Source of the DNA: Catajapyx aquilonaris
Taxonomy: Eukaryota
Assembly (NCBI GenBank): GCA_000934665.2
Contig: KZ538683.1
Location: forward strand, 1-64,000
Length of the DNA stretch: 64,000 nt
Direction of reading: 5' to 3'
The notes beneath the pieces are model-generated. The model had not been told where the DNA came from and ran no database searches. It saw only the letters and a program-made list of their open reading frames with translations. Below are positions 11,723 to 23,515 of the stretch, piece after piece; positions within the stretch are counted from its first letter, which is position 1, and each line of letters starts with the position of its first letter. The position numbers and the translations under genes are program-made.

Positions 11723-12668
11723 AAAAAAGTCACTTCTTGAAAACAACACCGGCTGGATGTCCACCTTTGAGGGCAACACATTCCTCCAAGCGCCGGACGA
11801 AACCTTTCATAACATGCTCCAGCATGTCCAGGGGAATGTTTCTCATGGCGTGTCTTATCTGATCCTGAAGATCAGCCAATGACTGAGGACATGTGGCGAA
11901 CACCACACAAATTAAAAGTCAAGTGTTTCTCGGGCGGGTCATTTCGAGATTTGGGGACATTCCATCCGGATTTGACCACCCCTGACTTCTTGTGGGGGTA
12001 CCTGAAGAGTTTGGTGTTCGCCACTTGTCCCCAGTCATTGGCTCATCATAAGGATCAGATAAGACATGCCGTGAGAAAAATTCCCTTGGACATGCTGGAG
12101 TGTATTGTGAAGGGTTTCATCCAGCGCTTGGAGGAATGTGTTGCCCACAAAGGTGGACACTTTTTTTTTTTAAATGTTACCCCGTGATAGGGCCATAGGC
12201 CCTTTTAGGGGGGTGGAGTACCGCCACCCTTCAATTTTTCTGTAATTTTTCTTCTGACTCAGGTGCAAGGATGAAAGGATATGGGGTAAGGACGGGTATT
12301 TCTGGGGAGGGGACACAGGCGCAATGTCTGGAAAGGGGTCATGTGCAGTCCCCCAGGAGTCGAGGCTGCCAAGACGCCTCCTAGCCGCGGGTCACAGACC
12401 CACTGACGCAGGCGGAAGGGAACTCCCGGGCGGGGATCAAACCCGGGACCTTCCGCACAGCAAGTCGAGACGCTACCATCTCGGCCACCACGCCTCCCCC
12501 AAAGGTGGACATATATCAGCTGTTGTTTTCGAGAAGTAACTTTTTTAGACATTGATCCATAAATGGCATATCTTTCTCTGTGTAGCGTAATTTTTTTTAA
12601 GTATAATCGTTCATTACTTATGCCATGCTGCGTCATTTTTATCCGCCCATGACTTTTGCCCCACCCTG
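11723..12668. mobile_element. Tc1-like foldback derivative (inverted transposase 3' ends), interrupted by a SINE
   Basis: PDLTTPDFLWGYLKSLVF...RLEECVAHKGGH matches the Tc1/mariner SPDL...WGxLK C-terminus; inverted copy at about 11723-11904; right end CACCCTG|TA. Confidence 0.8.
12160..12500 (-). mobile_element. tRNA-derived SINE, family B
   Basis: A-box TGGCCGAGATGG, B-box-like GGTTTGATCCC, A-rich tail, and 11-bp target duplication AAAGGTGGACA (12149 and 12501). Confidence 0.9.
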
Positions 12669-15608
12669 TATTATGAACTAATAAAATCAAAAATATTTCA
12701 AAAATTCAACAAAAAATTTTCCCAGCATATCTGGGTTACGGACAAGTTTCCATTTCATCCTAGTTTTATTACAGATTTCATTATAAAGAGTGTATTTTGC
12801 AATTAAGCTCACATCCACATCAATAGAACTGTCACATACCCTAGTAAGTCACATTAGTGTCATAACTGTAGAAGAGTGGCAGTATTAGTGAGGGAGTGCA
12901 CCATTAATTCTCCTGCTCAGTTCATACTTGGTTGTATAATACACTCAGGCACAGGAATACCCCCGTCACACAAAAAAGGCCATAAAACTTCCACTGATAA
13001 AAATGTGAGCTACATTGTGAAACACGCTGCATGTTAAATGAATCATTCAGCCCATGGCAAACTCCCCATTGGGTGTGGCTTGGTAATTTTTCAATAAATA
13101 ATGTAAATGCCACTTATATAGAATATGAATTTACAACTACATGTACTCATAAATAATAACATTTTGCGTAACCCAAATTCTTCATTATCACTCCTAAAAA
13201 TTTGCTTTGAAATATAGTATTGTGTTGACATTCAACCATTTGGCACACAATAGGCCTATTGCAAAACTAGAACATATTCCCTTATGGTACACATTAATTC
13301 AAAGGGTAGGTTCTGGCCAGTAACCTGAGCATGCTATTGGAGAGCTCCACAGTAGTATTGTAACAAACATGGTTGATTTTACCATCTGCCAATGTGACTT
13401 ATCCCAACAATGCCCACAATCACCTGGGGCCATTCCTGCCAACATGAACAAGTGCTGATCCAAGGGTCAAGTCAGAGCCATGAGAATTGAGCACTTGTCT
13501 TTTGACCCATGGCTCACTTGCAAGACAAAGCCCAAGAAAGGCAAGAGGCTTTTCTCCACCTCCAAATAATTTTTTGATTTTGGAAGGGAAATTTTCTGCT
13601 TGATTCAGGTTTGGTTTCTTGGAGGAGTCAAAGCAATTACAGGCCATTTGGAGAGTGGAAGCAAGGTTTTTGGGCCCTTTTCCCTTGCCTTGGACAGGGG
13701 CTTCACCAGAGCCCTGGCTATCATGACCAAGGACTAAAAGGGCCTACCATCTTCGCCTGTTGCCGGACCTTCTTAGCTAACTCATGAGTTGTGCATGGAC
13801 TTGGAAATAACTCAAGTTGGATATTTTAAACATTTCACAGGGTTTCCCTGTGTATTTGTTGTTAAAAGTTACTCATTTATTATTTGTAAAGCATACTTTC
13901 ATTGCTTGATTCCTGGGTTGCATGAACAGGATCAAATGGTGGGACTGAAAATTGGTTGAAACTGGGATCACCTTGATTCTGGACTCGAGTAATCTGCATT
14001 TTGAGCAGCATTGGTAGGAGTGGCTCTAAGGCAGTCCATTCTAATCCATACAAATGAAGCCTTGTTGGATGTTTATGAAAATCCAGTATTTAGCAGTCTG
14101 GAGATATTATGTAGCTGTCTAGCAAAACAAGTTAGTGTCTTGATAAATTCTATCACAAAAGTTAGTAGTAGTTTCATCAAGTTAAGGAGAGAACTAAACC
14201 TACACCTTGCATTCCTCTCACTTGGTATGCTATCAAGAGGATGTTTTGGCATTCCACTGAAACATAAGAACTATGGTCACAGGAATTTCCATAACATGCC
14301 TTTGTAGTGTAAGCAACATGACTGAGCACATTTTCTCTACATTTTTGCTACATTCAGAAATACTGATCCTATACAAGTCTAACTTGCAGTGCCCTCTTTA
14401 TACAATTTTTCATGCCATCACCTACCAAGCTAGCTTTGTGCAAGTAGATTCAAGTAATGTCCAAAAATTAACGGTTATACTGTTGTTTTGTTGGACTTAT
14501 CACAGGCAAAGAAATCATGATATGTCTCAAGTAATTCCATCTGAAATATGTACAAGATCATGGCAGGAAAAATAATAATGCTCTCAAAGAACCTCTCTGG
14601 TAGTGCCAGTAATATTTCCTTTACATTGCATAATGGCCAGTGGACCTAGTGGACGTATATGACATCAGCACAGTGGGTATCAAACGAATGACTGCAATTC
14701 AGTCATTGTTCAGTTAGTGTGAAAATTTGACTTCGACTTTTGTTCACATCTGGAGAGTAGCTTCCATATGAATGATCTCTGAAAGCATGATTTCATTGAT
14801 ATTTTTGTATTTAGTAACTAAATTAACATTAGAATTAATGGGATCAGTAGCCATGCATTAATATTGTATTTTCTAATGTTAAATTCTAGAATGCAAGGCA
14901 GTCTTCTTCACTTCTAACTCACTCGCATTCACATTAAGTGCTGGCTGCATGCAATTTAATTAGGGTAAAGCTCTCATTATGGGTATTCACAATGCGTAAT
15001 CCAACACCACCCACCTCAGATAAGCCCCATTTTAAGATAAAACGTATAAAAATTAGCAGCTTAGCCACAAGAACAGTTCAGAATATATTTGGTCATTTCA
15101 TTGGCTCTCACTCATTTACAAAAATTTATGGCTAGTCAGAATATGCTAACCATTAATAGCTATGCTAATGCACATTGGCACATGGAAAAGGCAAAATTCC
15201 CCACTTGCACACTTTTCACCAAGAAACCATACCAAATTTCCATGTGTTCGAACATAACTATATTCTTCATTTGTTTTACACACAGGATCCAAGATATTGA
15301 ATATGCTTGCTCTAGTACCTGTGGAAGAACTTTCTGATTCCCTCCACCTGGTTGCACAGGTCCAGCTGATCTGCCCTGCACATCCACACCTCCCTTCACA
15401 TCACAATCGCCGCTGAACCTCTCACCAGAGCCATCCAGCTTACATCCCTGATCTATCACCCTGCTTTACTAGATCTTGCTGGCAATGCGAAGCCAATGAA
15501 ATGAAGAAGAGAGTGTCTCACTAAAGACAAGAATGATTTGGGAGGAGGAAATTGGAAGCTCATCTATCACAAAACTAATGTGTAATGTCTTATTAACATT
15601 GTGAAACT

Positions 15609-15840
15609 TTATAATTGATATATTTAAGGAGGTTGGCCCAGCATTGCCTTTCAACCTCCAAGGATAGGGAAGGAAGGGAGTGGCTGTGGCCTATTATACG
15701 GAAGCAACCCCGGAATTATCCTAGAAAAACCGTGGAAAACCACAGAAAACCACGGTCAAGGTTGCCGGCCCCGGGATTCGAACCCAGGACCTCCCGATTA
15801 GCAGTCGGACACCTTATCCACTATGCCAACCTGCTTCGGT
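15609..15840 (-). mobile_element. tRNA-derived SINE, family C
   Basis: A-box TGGCATAGTGG, B-box GGTTCGAATCC, and 13-bp target duplication ACATTGTGAAACT (15596 and 15841). Confidence 0.9.
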
Positions 15841-17100
15841 ACATTGTGAAACTAAGAATAAAATATCTTCAGACATAATTATGCTCAGTTTAGTGTGCAC
15901 TTCATCAATATTAACGTCAGGGCAAGCAACCCTGCATTTGCCTTTTCTCTTGTACCAACATATCCAAAATGTGTAACTTTCCTAAACATAGCGAAAGAGG
16001 TTCTTCATCAATAAAACAATGTGAAGCATAACACAAGCTGATGGCTACATCCCTTAACAATTATTCTGCAATTGGGAGAAAGACGCTGCATAGCCACGTA
16101 TCTGCTTTTTGCTTATATTGTACACACCGATGAATTTGTCATTTTCTGTTGAAGATTAACTAGGTTTACAAATGTGGCATCTATTAGTGGTCCAGAGGAA
16201 TGCTGTAGGCATGTATTCTTACAACACATTGAAACAAACTTTTCTGATGAGTTTTTATATACATACTATATATGACTGACTTTTGGATTAATCTTAAGGT
16301 TACGCATTACAAAAGGCAAGCTTTGTACATTATATCTACTAACCAGCAGGGACACGTACCATAAAACAACACTTCTCAAGTTATAAGAATCAAAACATGC
16401 ACATGCAAATGCAAACTCATGTCTATGTGTCGTGGCTGTGACACAACATTCACTCTAATTACTTTTAAACAGTTGATGACTAGCTATTTCCCATCATCCT
16501 TGAAGCTTGAATGGGCTCTTATACCATGGCCAGCATTCCACTGTTTCTACAGGTTTCTCACTTTATACAGTCACCCAACTGGTATGTGGTTATCATGACC
16601 AGCGGAGCAAATAAGCTGGTAGTGCCACCACTCCAACATAAGTGTCAACTTCATGTATCAGAATGCCATGGTCAATAGTATTTGATAATATTTACAAAAT
16701 ATGCATGTTTTCCTTAAAATGCAAGCCCTCTGGGTTAATATTTTATCTCACAGTTCAACAGGATTGTCAATCAACTTAGCTTTACCATATGGTTCGGATT
16801 ACCACACGATTGTCATAATGTGACGGGTTAGTTTTAGCAAGACCTTACAGAAAAGGCACCACTAACTAGATCTTATAGTAGCTCTCTTATTTTCATACAA
16901 GTTGAGGGACATTGTTGTATTGGATCACACTAGTGTGCAAGCCACTTCACATTGATAAAAACAACCTGCACATGCTCGTAGAGTTTAACGACACTGATTC
17001 TGCAGCAATTTAAAAACTCAGTGGAGCAGTAGGTAACCCACCGATCCAACTGACAACACTGCCGCAGCACCACTAATCCCGCACCACACACTTTGCTCAC

Positions 17101-17430
17101 CTGCAGCTCTGCCCGCTCGACCTCCCACTGGCTCCGGTCGACCTCAAACCGCGCCCACTCGTGCTGTATGAAGTGCAGTATTCCCGGTATGGAGTACTGC
17201 GTCCTCTGCATCCCCTCGTCGTGGTTGTTCCCCTTGCCCATCATCCCTCCACCACCAGCACCTCCTCCAGCAGTAGATGGTGCACCCATCATCCCTGGGC
17301 CCCCTCCACCAGCCCCCTGCCCTGCCAGCTGTGGTGGTGGTCCCGTTCCCGAGGCTCCTGCCCCGGTGGCCCCTCCACCAGCACCCCCGTTATGGTGGTT
17401 GCCCTGCGAGGGGGCCGACAGCTCTTCCAT
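17101..17430 (-). CDS. Cka: Striatin (Cka/STRN3-like, STRIPAK PP2A B''' subunit), coding exon 1
   Basis: ATG in strong Kozak context GCCCACCATGG; Gly-rich N-terminus, then the striatin motif YSIPGILHFIQHEWARFEVDRSQWEVERAELQ; donor CAG|GTGAG at 17100. Confidence 0.93.
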
Positions 17431-18704
17431 GGTGGGCGCCACGACCACCTCCGCGCGGGCTGTCTCACCACCTTCTCCTACACCTCCTCCTCGGCCGCTG
17501 CTACCGCTGCCGCCGCCTCCGCTGTTATTACACTGGTCAGCTGCGGGCAAGTGTTGTGCTACCACCAAAGGCCAAAATGAAGCAAGCGGGCTACGAGGCT
17601 TAACACAGGGATGCGAGGGCTGCAACGCCTGCTGACTAGGAATCTTCATGACATGGCCGCCATTCCTCTTCTTCACCCATCGCCTGCTACCCTACCGCTC
17701 GGCCGCTCTCGGGCGAGGGACACAGTTCCCCCTACAACCCCCTCCCTCTCCCCCCAAACCCCCATCCTCCCGTCCCTATCCCAGTATCCCTCCCTCTCCC
17801 CCTTTTTTTTCCGGGAGGAGAGGGAGCACCAGGATCGGGAGTAGCAGAGGGGTAGGGGGTGTTCAATAACTATGGGACTCAAATCAAGTACTAGTGCAGG
17901 AAGGATATCGGGAGATATCTGTGACTCAGACGAAGAGGAATGTTTTTTATGGGTTGGAAATATTATTAGGGTTTAAATGTAAGGGAGGACTTAAGTGGGT
18001 TGGGTGTGGAGGTGGTTTGAGTTGTTTTGCGCGCCTATTTCAAACGGGAATTGTTGACTAATCTGACATTGTTGGTTGAAATGAGAGGGGTGAGGAGGGA
18101 TTTTGTTGTGTAACCACATGATTATAAAGAGGCTTCAATGCGTCCGTATGTAAGATGATTTAGTGTAATTACGGCGGGGAATCTTAATCTGATGTTGCCT
18201 TCGGGCGACTCCTGGGAAGAGAACGAAAATTTTAAACAATTTCAAACATGTAAAGGCGGTTTTTAACGGTTTTAGAGATTTATTACTTGGCCTTTTCGTT
18301 TATCGGCAGGTGTAGCACTGGTGTAACATCAACACTGGATTTGTTTGTACTGGTGTAAGCTCTTGCTCTTTCTGATTGGGGAGTGCAAGGCCATGACGTC
18401 ACTACACTACCCATTACACTTCACTGCCCGATAAATGAATAGACATATTGACACCTTGATTGCTCTTTGCTAAAGATGCTCAATGGCACATCCGTATGAT
18501 GAACACGTTACTCTTTATGCATAAGAAACAGTTCATTTTGCAAGGCAGGGGTTCGGTATTTTGGCCTGTTGGGGATTTAAAAATCAGGAAAAAATGATTG
18601 ATTCCGAGGAGGCCTATATGTGGCCCGCTTCAGTAACAAATGCAACTTAATTACAAAAATTTTAAGTCGAGTGCTATTTTTTATGGGACGACAATGCTTG
18701 TATA

Positions 18705-19086
18705 CAGGGGTGGGCAACCTATTATGTCTCCGTGGGCCGCATGTAGATTTTTTAAAATTTTATGGGCCGCATCTAACAAAAGAAATGCCAACTTATAGAA
18801 AAGTTTACAATAATTATATATCCATCGTTTTAAATGAACTTCCATTAATTGCATAAATTATCATTAAATTCGAAGAAAATCGATAAAATTAGCTGAATAT
18901 ATCAATTAAAATGGCCTGTATATATTTTAAAAAACGATGTTTTTGTGGATTTAAAATAATTAAAAAGAAAGGCGCAGGCATAAAATTTTGCAATTTTAAT
19001 TTTTCAAAATTTTCAGGAATTCCGAAATTTTTGCACGGGCCGCACAAATAATTGTCTTCGCGGGCCGTATAGGTTGCCCACCCCTG
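18705..19086. mobile_element. hAT-like MITE
   Basis: CAGGGGTGGGCAACCTAT ... ATAGGTTGCCCACCCCTG; subterminal GGGCCGC repeats; TTGTATA on both flanks. Confidence 0.85.
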
Positions 19087-19954
19087 TTGTATATAGCATA
19101 CATTGGATTTCGCTGCTTCGTTCGATCAAAGGTATTTTCCGAATTATTTGTATAATTATAGCTGAAAAGCGAAGTTAGCAAAGAGCCAACTTCACACAAC
19201 CTAGCCTGAGCCTTCCTAGCTCAATTTGTCCTTACTCCCCCTACTCTCCTGCCAGTCCCCCAACTCCTTCTTTAACTCTCTTCCAACACTACCCACTCTG
19301 TGACGGCAGGCTACGACTTTATGGGGACAAAGCCACACATGTCACCTTCATAATGCATACCTCAAGCTCAACCTAGGTTAATTTTAACCATTTTGCCATT
19401 TTTTATTGATCTCTCAAGAAATAAAAGAGAGCTGTTCATTATATTGTTTTCAGACGCTCGAAATGAAGAAAGAATGGATATATAATACAGTATCTTGAAG
19501 AGTTCATTGTTACTATATTTTCTTCTCTTACTTATTAGAGGTGAATTTCTTTATTATTTAATATGCAAATAAGGCAAAAAAAAGAGTACCCTATGCTATT
19601 GTGAATGTACATAATACCTTGAATATTTATGATCTGAGCGAAAACACTGCCATTTTCTTTCTTGCTCTTATTAATAATACACTCAGCATAATTATTTATT
19701 TACAAAGGTCGTCAAGAGGTAGTATACGAATTAAGTCTTGCCACGCAGTTTAAAAGCCGACTGAAGCAATGCATCGAAACAAGCTCGCTTTCGGTTTTTA
19801 TTACATACCGTACCGTATTTTTATCTGCTGCCGCAAGCGTGTAATATGGCCGGATATTTGAATTTCGAACGGGATTCGTAAACGTAAAGCATAATGTTAA
19901 GGCCGTGGTTAAGGCCATTGGCAACAGCCCATAAAAATTTAGCACATATATATA

Positions 19955-20525
19955 CGAGGGCGAATCAGACAGTAATTGAAACTTTTTTAATTCAGAAGTT
20001 TCACTAGGAAAACTGAAACTGAGATATACATATGAAAGGGCAAGTCTTTCTTTAATTTGAGACATAGTCACCATACACTTTGGTGCATTTAGCCCAGCGG
20101 GGCGCTAGTTTTTCCATACTCCGGCAGAAAAATGCGTCAGACTGGGTGCTGGGTCGCCGAAGTTCTGACCTGCCAGGTGCTTCATCTTCATTGGTCCAAA
20201 GAGATGGTAGACCATGGGTAAAACCACCTCTTTGGTCCAAAAAAGAAGCACTAGCTTCTCAAGAACTCTATGCAAAACTCTATGACATCGAGGAAGTGAA
20301 AGACGCCATCCCCCACTGCGGCTTCCCACCCAGCCTGACGACGCTTTTTTCTGCAGAGGCATGGAAAAACTAGTGTCCCGCTGGGCCAAATGCACCAAAG
20401 TGTATGGTGACTATGTATAACATTAGAGAAAGACTTGTCCTTTCATATGCACATCTCAATTTCAGTTTCTCTAGTGAAACTTCTGAATTTAAAAAGTTTT
20501 CAATTACTTTCTGATTTCGCCCTCG
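19955..20525. mobile_element. mariner-derived foldback MITE (two inverted 3' ends)
   Basis: TA|CGAGGGCGAA ... TTCGCCCTCG|TA; each arm of about 200 bp encodes the mariner C-terminus MEKLxxRWAKCTKVYGDYV. Confidence 0.9.
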
Positions 20526-20581
20526 TACAATTGATGTATGACTGCTTTTAAATGTTTTATTTGCAGTTTTAAAACACATAC

Positions 20582-20766
20582 CTCTCTAGTAACTGCAGGT
20601 GGTGTTAGGCCTCCTTGAACACCCATATTCCGCAGGTGAAGGGCCTCTTGAACGCGTGGTTGACCCTGCTAGGTGCTGGATTGTGCAGGTGGGTGATCTA
20701 CTGCCAATTAAGCTCGTGGTCATCGAAGTCCACGTCGCATTTGGATCACACTCGAAGTGGTGCCAT
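20582..20766 (-). pseudogene. Possible degenerate C2H2 zinc-finger fragment
   Basis: One frame reads MAPLRV*SKCDVDFDDHELNWQ*ITHLH...NHAFKRPFTCGIWVFKEA*HHLQ, with three stops and a GTATGT donor at the end. Confidence 0.28.
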
Positions 20767-21149
20767 ATTATAACAAGTAGGCCTACTGCGCTGCTTTCGA
20801 ACACATACTAACAAAATACATTCAACAACCTGGTTATTTACTTCCGTCATTATGTATATGCTTCCATAGGAAGTTAGTCAAGTTACCCATCAAGTTTGAT
20901 TATAATCCTCCCATTTGAAAGGCAGCAGAATGGGCAGCAAAGATGATGGGCAGCAGTGGGCAGCAGTGGGCAGCAGCACGTATTCGAATCCGCCTGGAGA
21001 AGTTCACCAAATTGCCCACAGAGGGATAAACGGTCTCGCTCGGGTAATAAGTAATAAGTAGTTAATCAGTGATAATAGCCACCTTTAATAAGGCACATAT
21101 CGGATGTTAATTTTATTACAAATATTTTAGTTGATGAACTCCGTGAAGG

Positions 21150-21297
21150 TTCCCGCCATTTTCAGTAACTGCCTCGTGACGTCAGAATCACATGAAATCG
21201 GCTAATATACACCATGATATACACTAGCAATTCATCACCTGGCCATTATTATCCCTTGCGTCTTCACCGAAGTTAGTTTAGGATCCGAGTAGTTGAG
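21150..21297 (+). promoter_or_regulatory. Probable BAF promoter and non-coding first exon
   Basis: CpG-rich patch with YY1-like CCGCCATTTT (21153), Inr-like TCAGT, CRE TGACGTCA (21177) and a strong donor GAG|GTGAGT at 21297/21298. The BAF ATG directly follows an AG acceptor, so an upstream UTR exon is likely. Confidence 0.55.
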
Positions 21298-22030
21298 GTG
21301 AGTAGTTTTAATCTGATTTGACATCGCTGCTTGATTGCTCATAAGGGCCACGAGCCGACGACATACTGACCGTGACCGGTTTATTATAACAGCTCTGCAT
21401 TTTTGGTCTTTCCATTCCAGTACAGCTCTGGGCCCATCTGAGCATCAAGCATAAGCATCTCCATTGAGCGTCTGTCGTTGCTCCAGCGTTCCACACCGAA
21501 CGTGTGCTTAGCGTTGATTTTAGGACCTGTTGGCACGCTGCAGCCTAGAGAATAAGTGGAGCCGATTTTGGACATAATCGTGAGACACTTGATGCACTGT
21601 ACTAGCAATTATCAATATGCAGGGGGAGGAATGGGTGTTGACAGGAACATGGTGTCATAAAAATGTTCAATTTTTCCAATATTTAATTTAAATTTAGTGT
21701 ATATTTGAATATATTTAAAATGCTGTCGGAGAGCATTTGGATTATGGGATCAGCCTGGAGAGGAAAGGGGAACGATACCTGCAATAATTGCGTGTATCCT
21801 AGGTTTCCCTGTCAGAGTGAGATGTCCTGGATTGGGATGATGTGATGCAGTTTGGTTCGTGGTTTGGTTGTAGGCCAGAAGTAGTGCTGTCACGGACTCT
21901 GGGGTTGGAAATAAAATTAAATCCCACATGCTGATTTAGCATGAACCATTTTGGAGTTACATCCACCTAAGGTTTTGACCAGCCCCCGGTTACTTCTATC
22001 CCAGGCCAATAGAAAAGGCTGTGCCGTTAT

Positions 22031-22256
22031 CGCTTCCCGCATTGGCGCTAGTATAGCTGCAATGGAATAAAGCTGTGGAAGTCGCTGCGTCATAGTACAA
22101 CTCTGACATGACAGTACAACTCTGCATTAACACCTAGCTACCGATAGCGATACACCCAGATGCAGAGTTGTACCATCAGGGTCACTAGTCGCTATGATGC
22201 AGCGACTTCCACAGCTTGATTCCATTGCAGCTATACTAGCACCAATGTGGGAAGCG
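22031..22256. repeat. Foldback palindrome, about 65-bp arms (probable MITE core)
   Basis: CGCTTCCCGCATTGG...GTCATAG is inverted at 22192-22256. Confidence 0.8.
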
Positions 22257-22569
22257 TTAACAGCTTGCAAGATGGTGGCGAGTGCCCCAACCTATTTATT
22301 CCTCTAAGACCGTGGTTTTGACTCTCCTCTTTCCATGCTATTTCTGAATTTCTCTATATTGCCTTGCTTGTAGCTGTGTCAGTATGGCAGAGTACTGAAG
22401 GTTATGCTACAGATGTGAGCAGTTATTAAACTATGGGATTGGAAAACACCTTATGTTAAGTCAATGATATCTTGGCCTTATGCACTTATTGCTCTGAGCT
22501 TATCTGTAAGCCACAGAGAGCGTCACACACACATCAAATTTGGGGGGGTAAGTGCACTTGGTGAGTACG

Positions 22570-22727
22570 GTGTTGGACATTAATCGAGTCATACTGCTAG
22601 CGACATTTTCCGAAGTGGCAGAAGAACAAATCTTGCTTGCACGGCTTGCACTATCCATGTCTTCGATTCGTTCTCCTGCCGCTTCGGAAAATGTCACTAG
22701 CAGTATTACTCGATTAATGTCCAACAC
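22570..22727. repeat. Foldback palindrome, about 63-bp arms (probable MITE)
   Basis: GTGTTGGACATTAATCGAGT ... ACTCGATTAATGTCCAACAC. Confidence 0.8.
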
Positions 22728-23209
22728 TGTGCAAGACCATACGATGTGTGACGGCATTGTTGGAATCAACAAGTATGGTGTAGGAGTCATGCCTTGACTC
22801 CCCACCTTTTTGGCACCCTATGTCACATAAGGTGTTTTCTGATTTTACAGCAAGTTTATGCCCCATGATGACCTCTCTCTGCACCACAGTGACCCTAGAA
22901 TATTCACAAAAATGGGGTGGGATTTTCTTGTGGCGAATACATAACAGTACTGAATGTCATGACAACCAATAGCAGTGACATTAACGTAATGGTACCTGTT
23001 TTTTAATAGCCCTCCTATTTTAAAATCGATCATCACTTCTTGCAGCTACATGATTGGGATGTGTACCTCATGGAGGCTAATGTAAATGCCTGGTTGGCTA
23101 CACACAATAGCAGTAACATACTGTCATGCTCCAGGTTGTAGGCCTACACGCGTGGTGCTGCCCAATATTCCTTACATGAAGTAGTCCTGCAATTTAGGGG
23201 GGGAAAAGG

Positions 23210-23262
<53 letters not shown>
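23210..23262. repeat. Poly(T) tract of about 53 nt next to a Tigger-like end
   Basis: Direct observation; the minus strand reads TACAGTGGAGCATTGATTATCCGAAC...(A)n. Confidence 0.85.
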
Positions 23263-23264
<2 letters not shown>

Positions 23265-23328
23265 CAACCCGAAAACGTTCGGTTGATCGGTGTTCGGATA
23301 ATCAATGCTCCACTGTAGTAGACCAGAG

Positions 23329-23515
23329 TAATAGACCAGAGTCCCACGCCAGATGATTTAAAGACTTGACATCAATTTAACGACTTTTAATGTCAATTTC
23401 ATGTTAAGTAGTGTAACGACTATTGTACCATTGAGACTATATTTTGACGTGAAATTAACGTAAAAGTCATTAAAATAATGACAGGGATCATCTGGGGTGT
23501 GACTCTGGTCTATTA
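23329..23515. repeat. Foldback palindrome/MITE
   Basis: TAATAGACCAGAGTC...CCAGATGAT is inverted as ATCATCTGG...GACTCTGGTCTATTA. Confidence 0.75.

Noticed and set aside
17093..17635. Long plus-strand ORFs (180, 139 and 108 aa) opposite striatin exon 1
   Set aside because: Shadows of GC-rich, Gly-rich coding sequence; no independent signature.
20746..20748. TGA at a Cys-like position as selenocysteine
   Set aside because: The same frame also has TAG and TAA stops, and no SECIS was seen.
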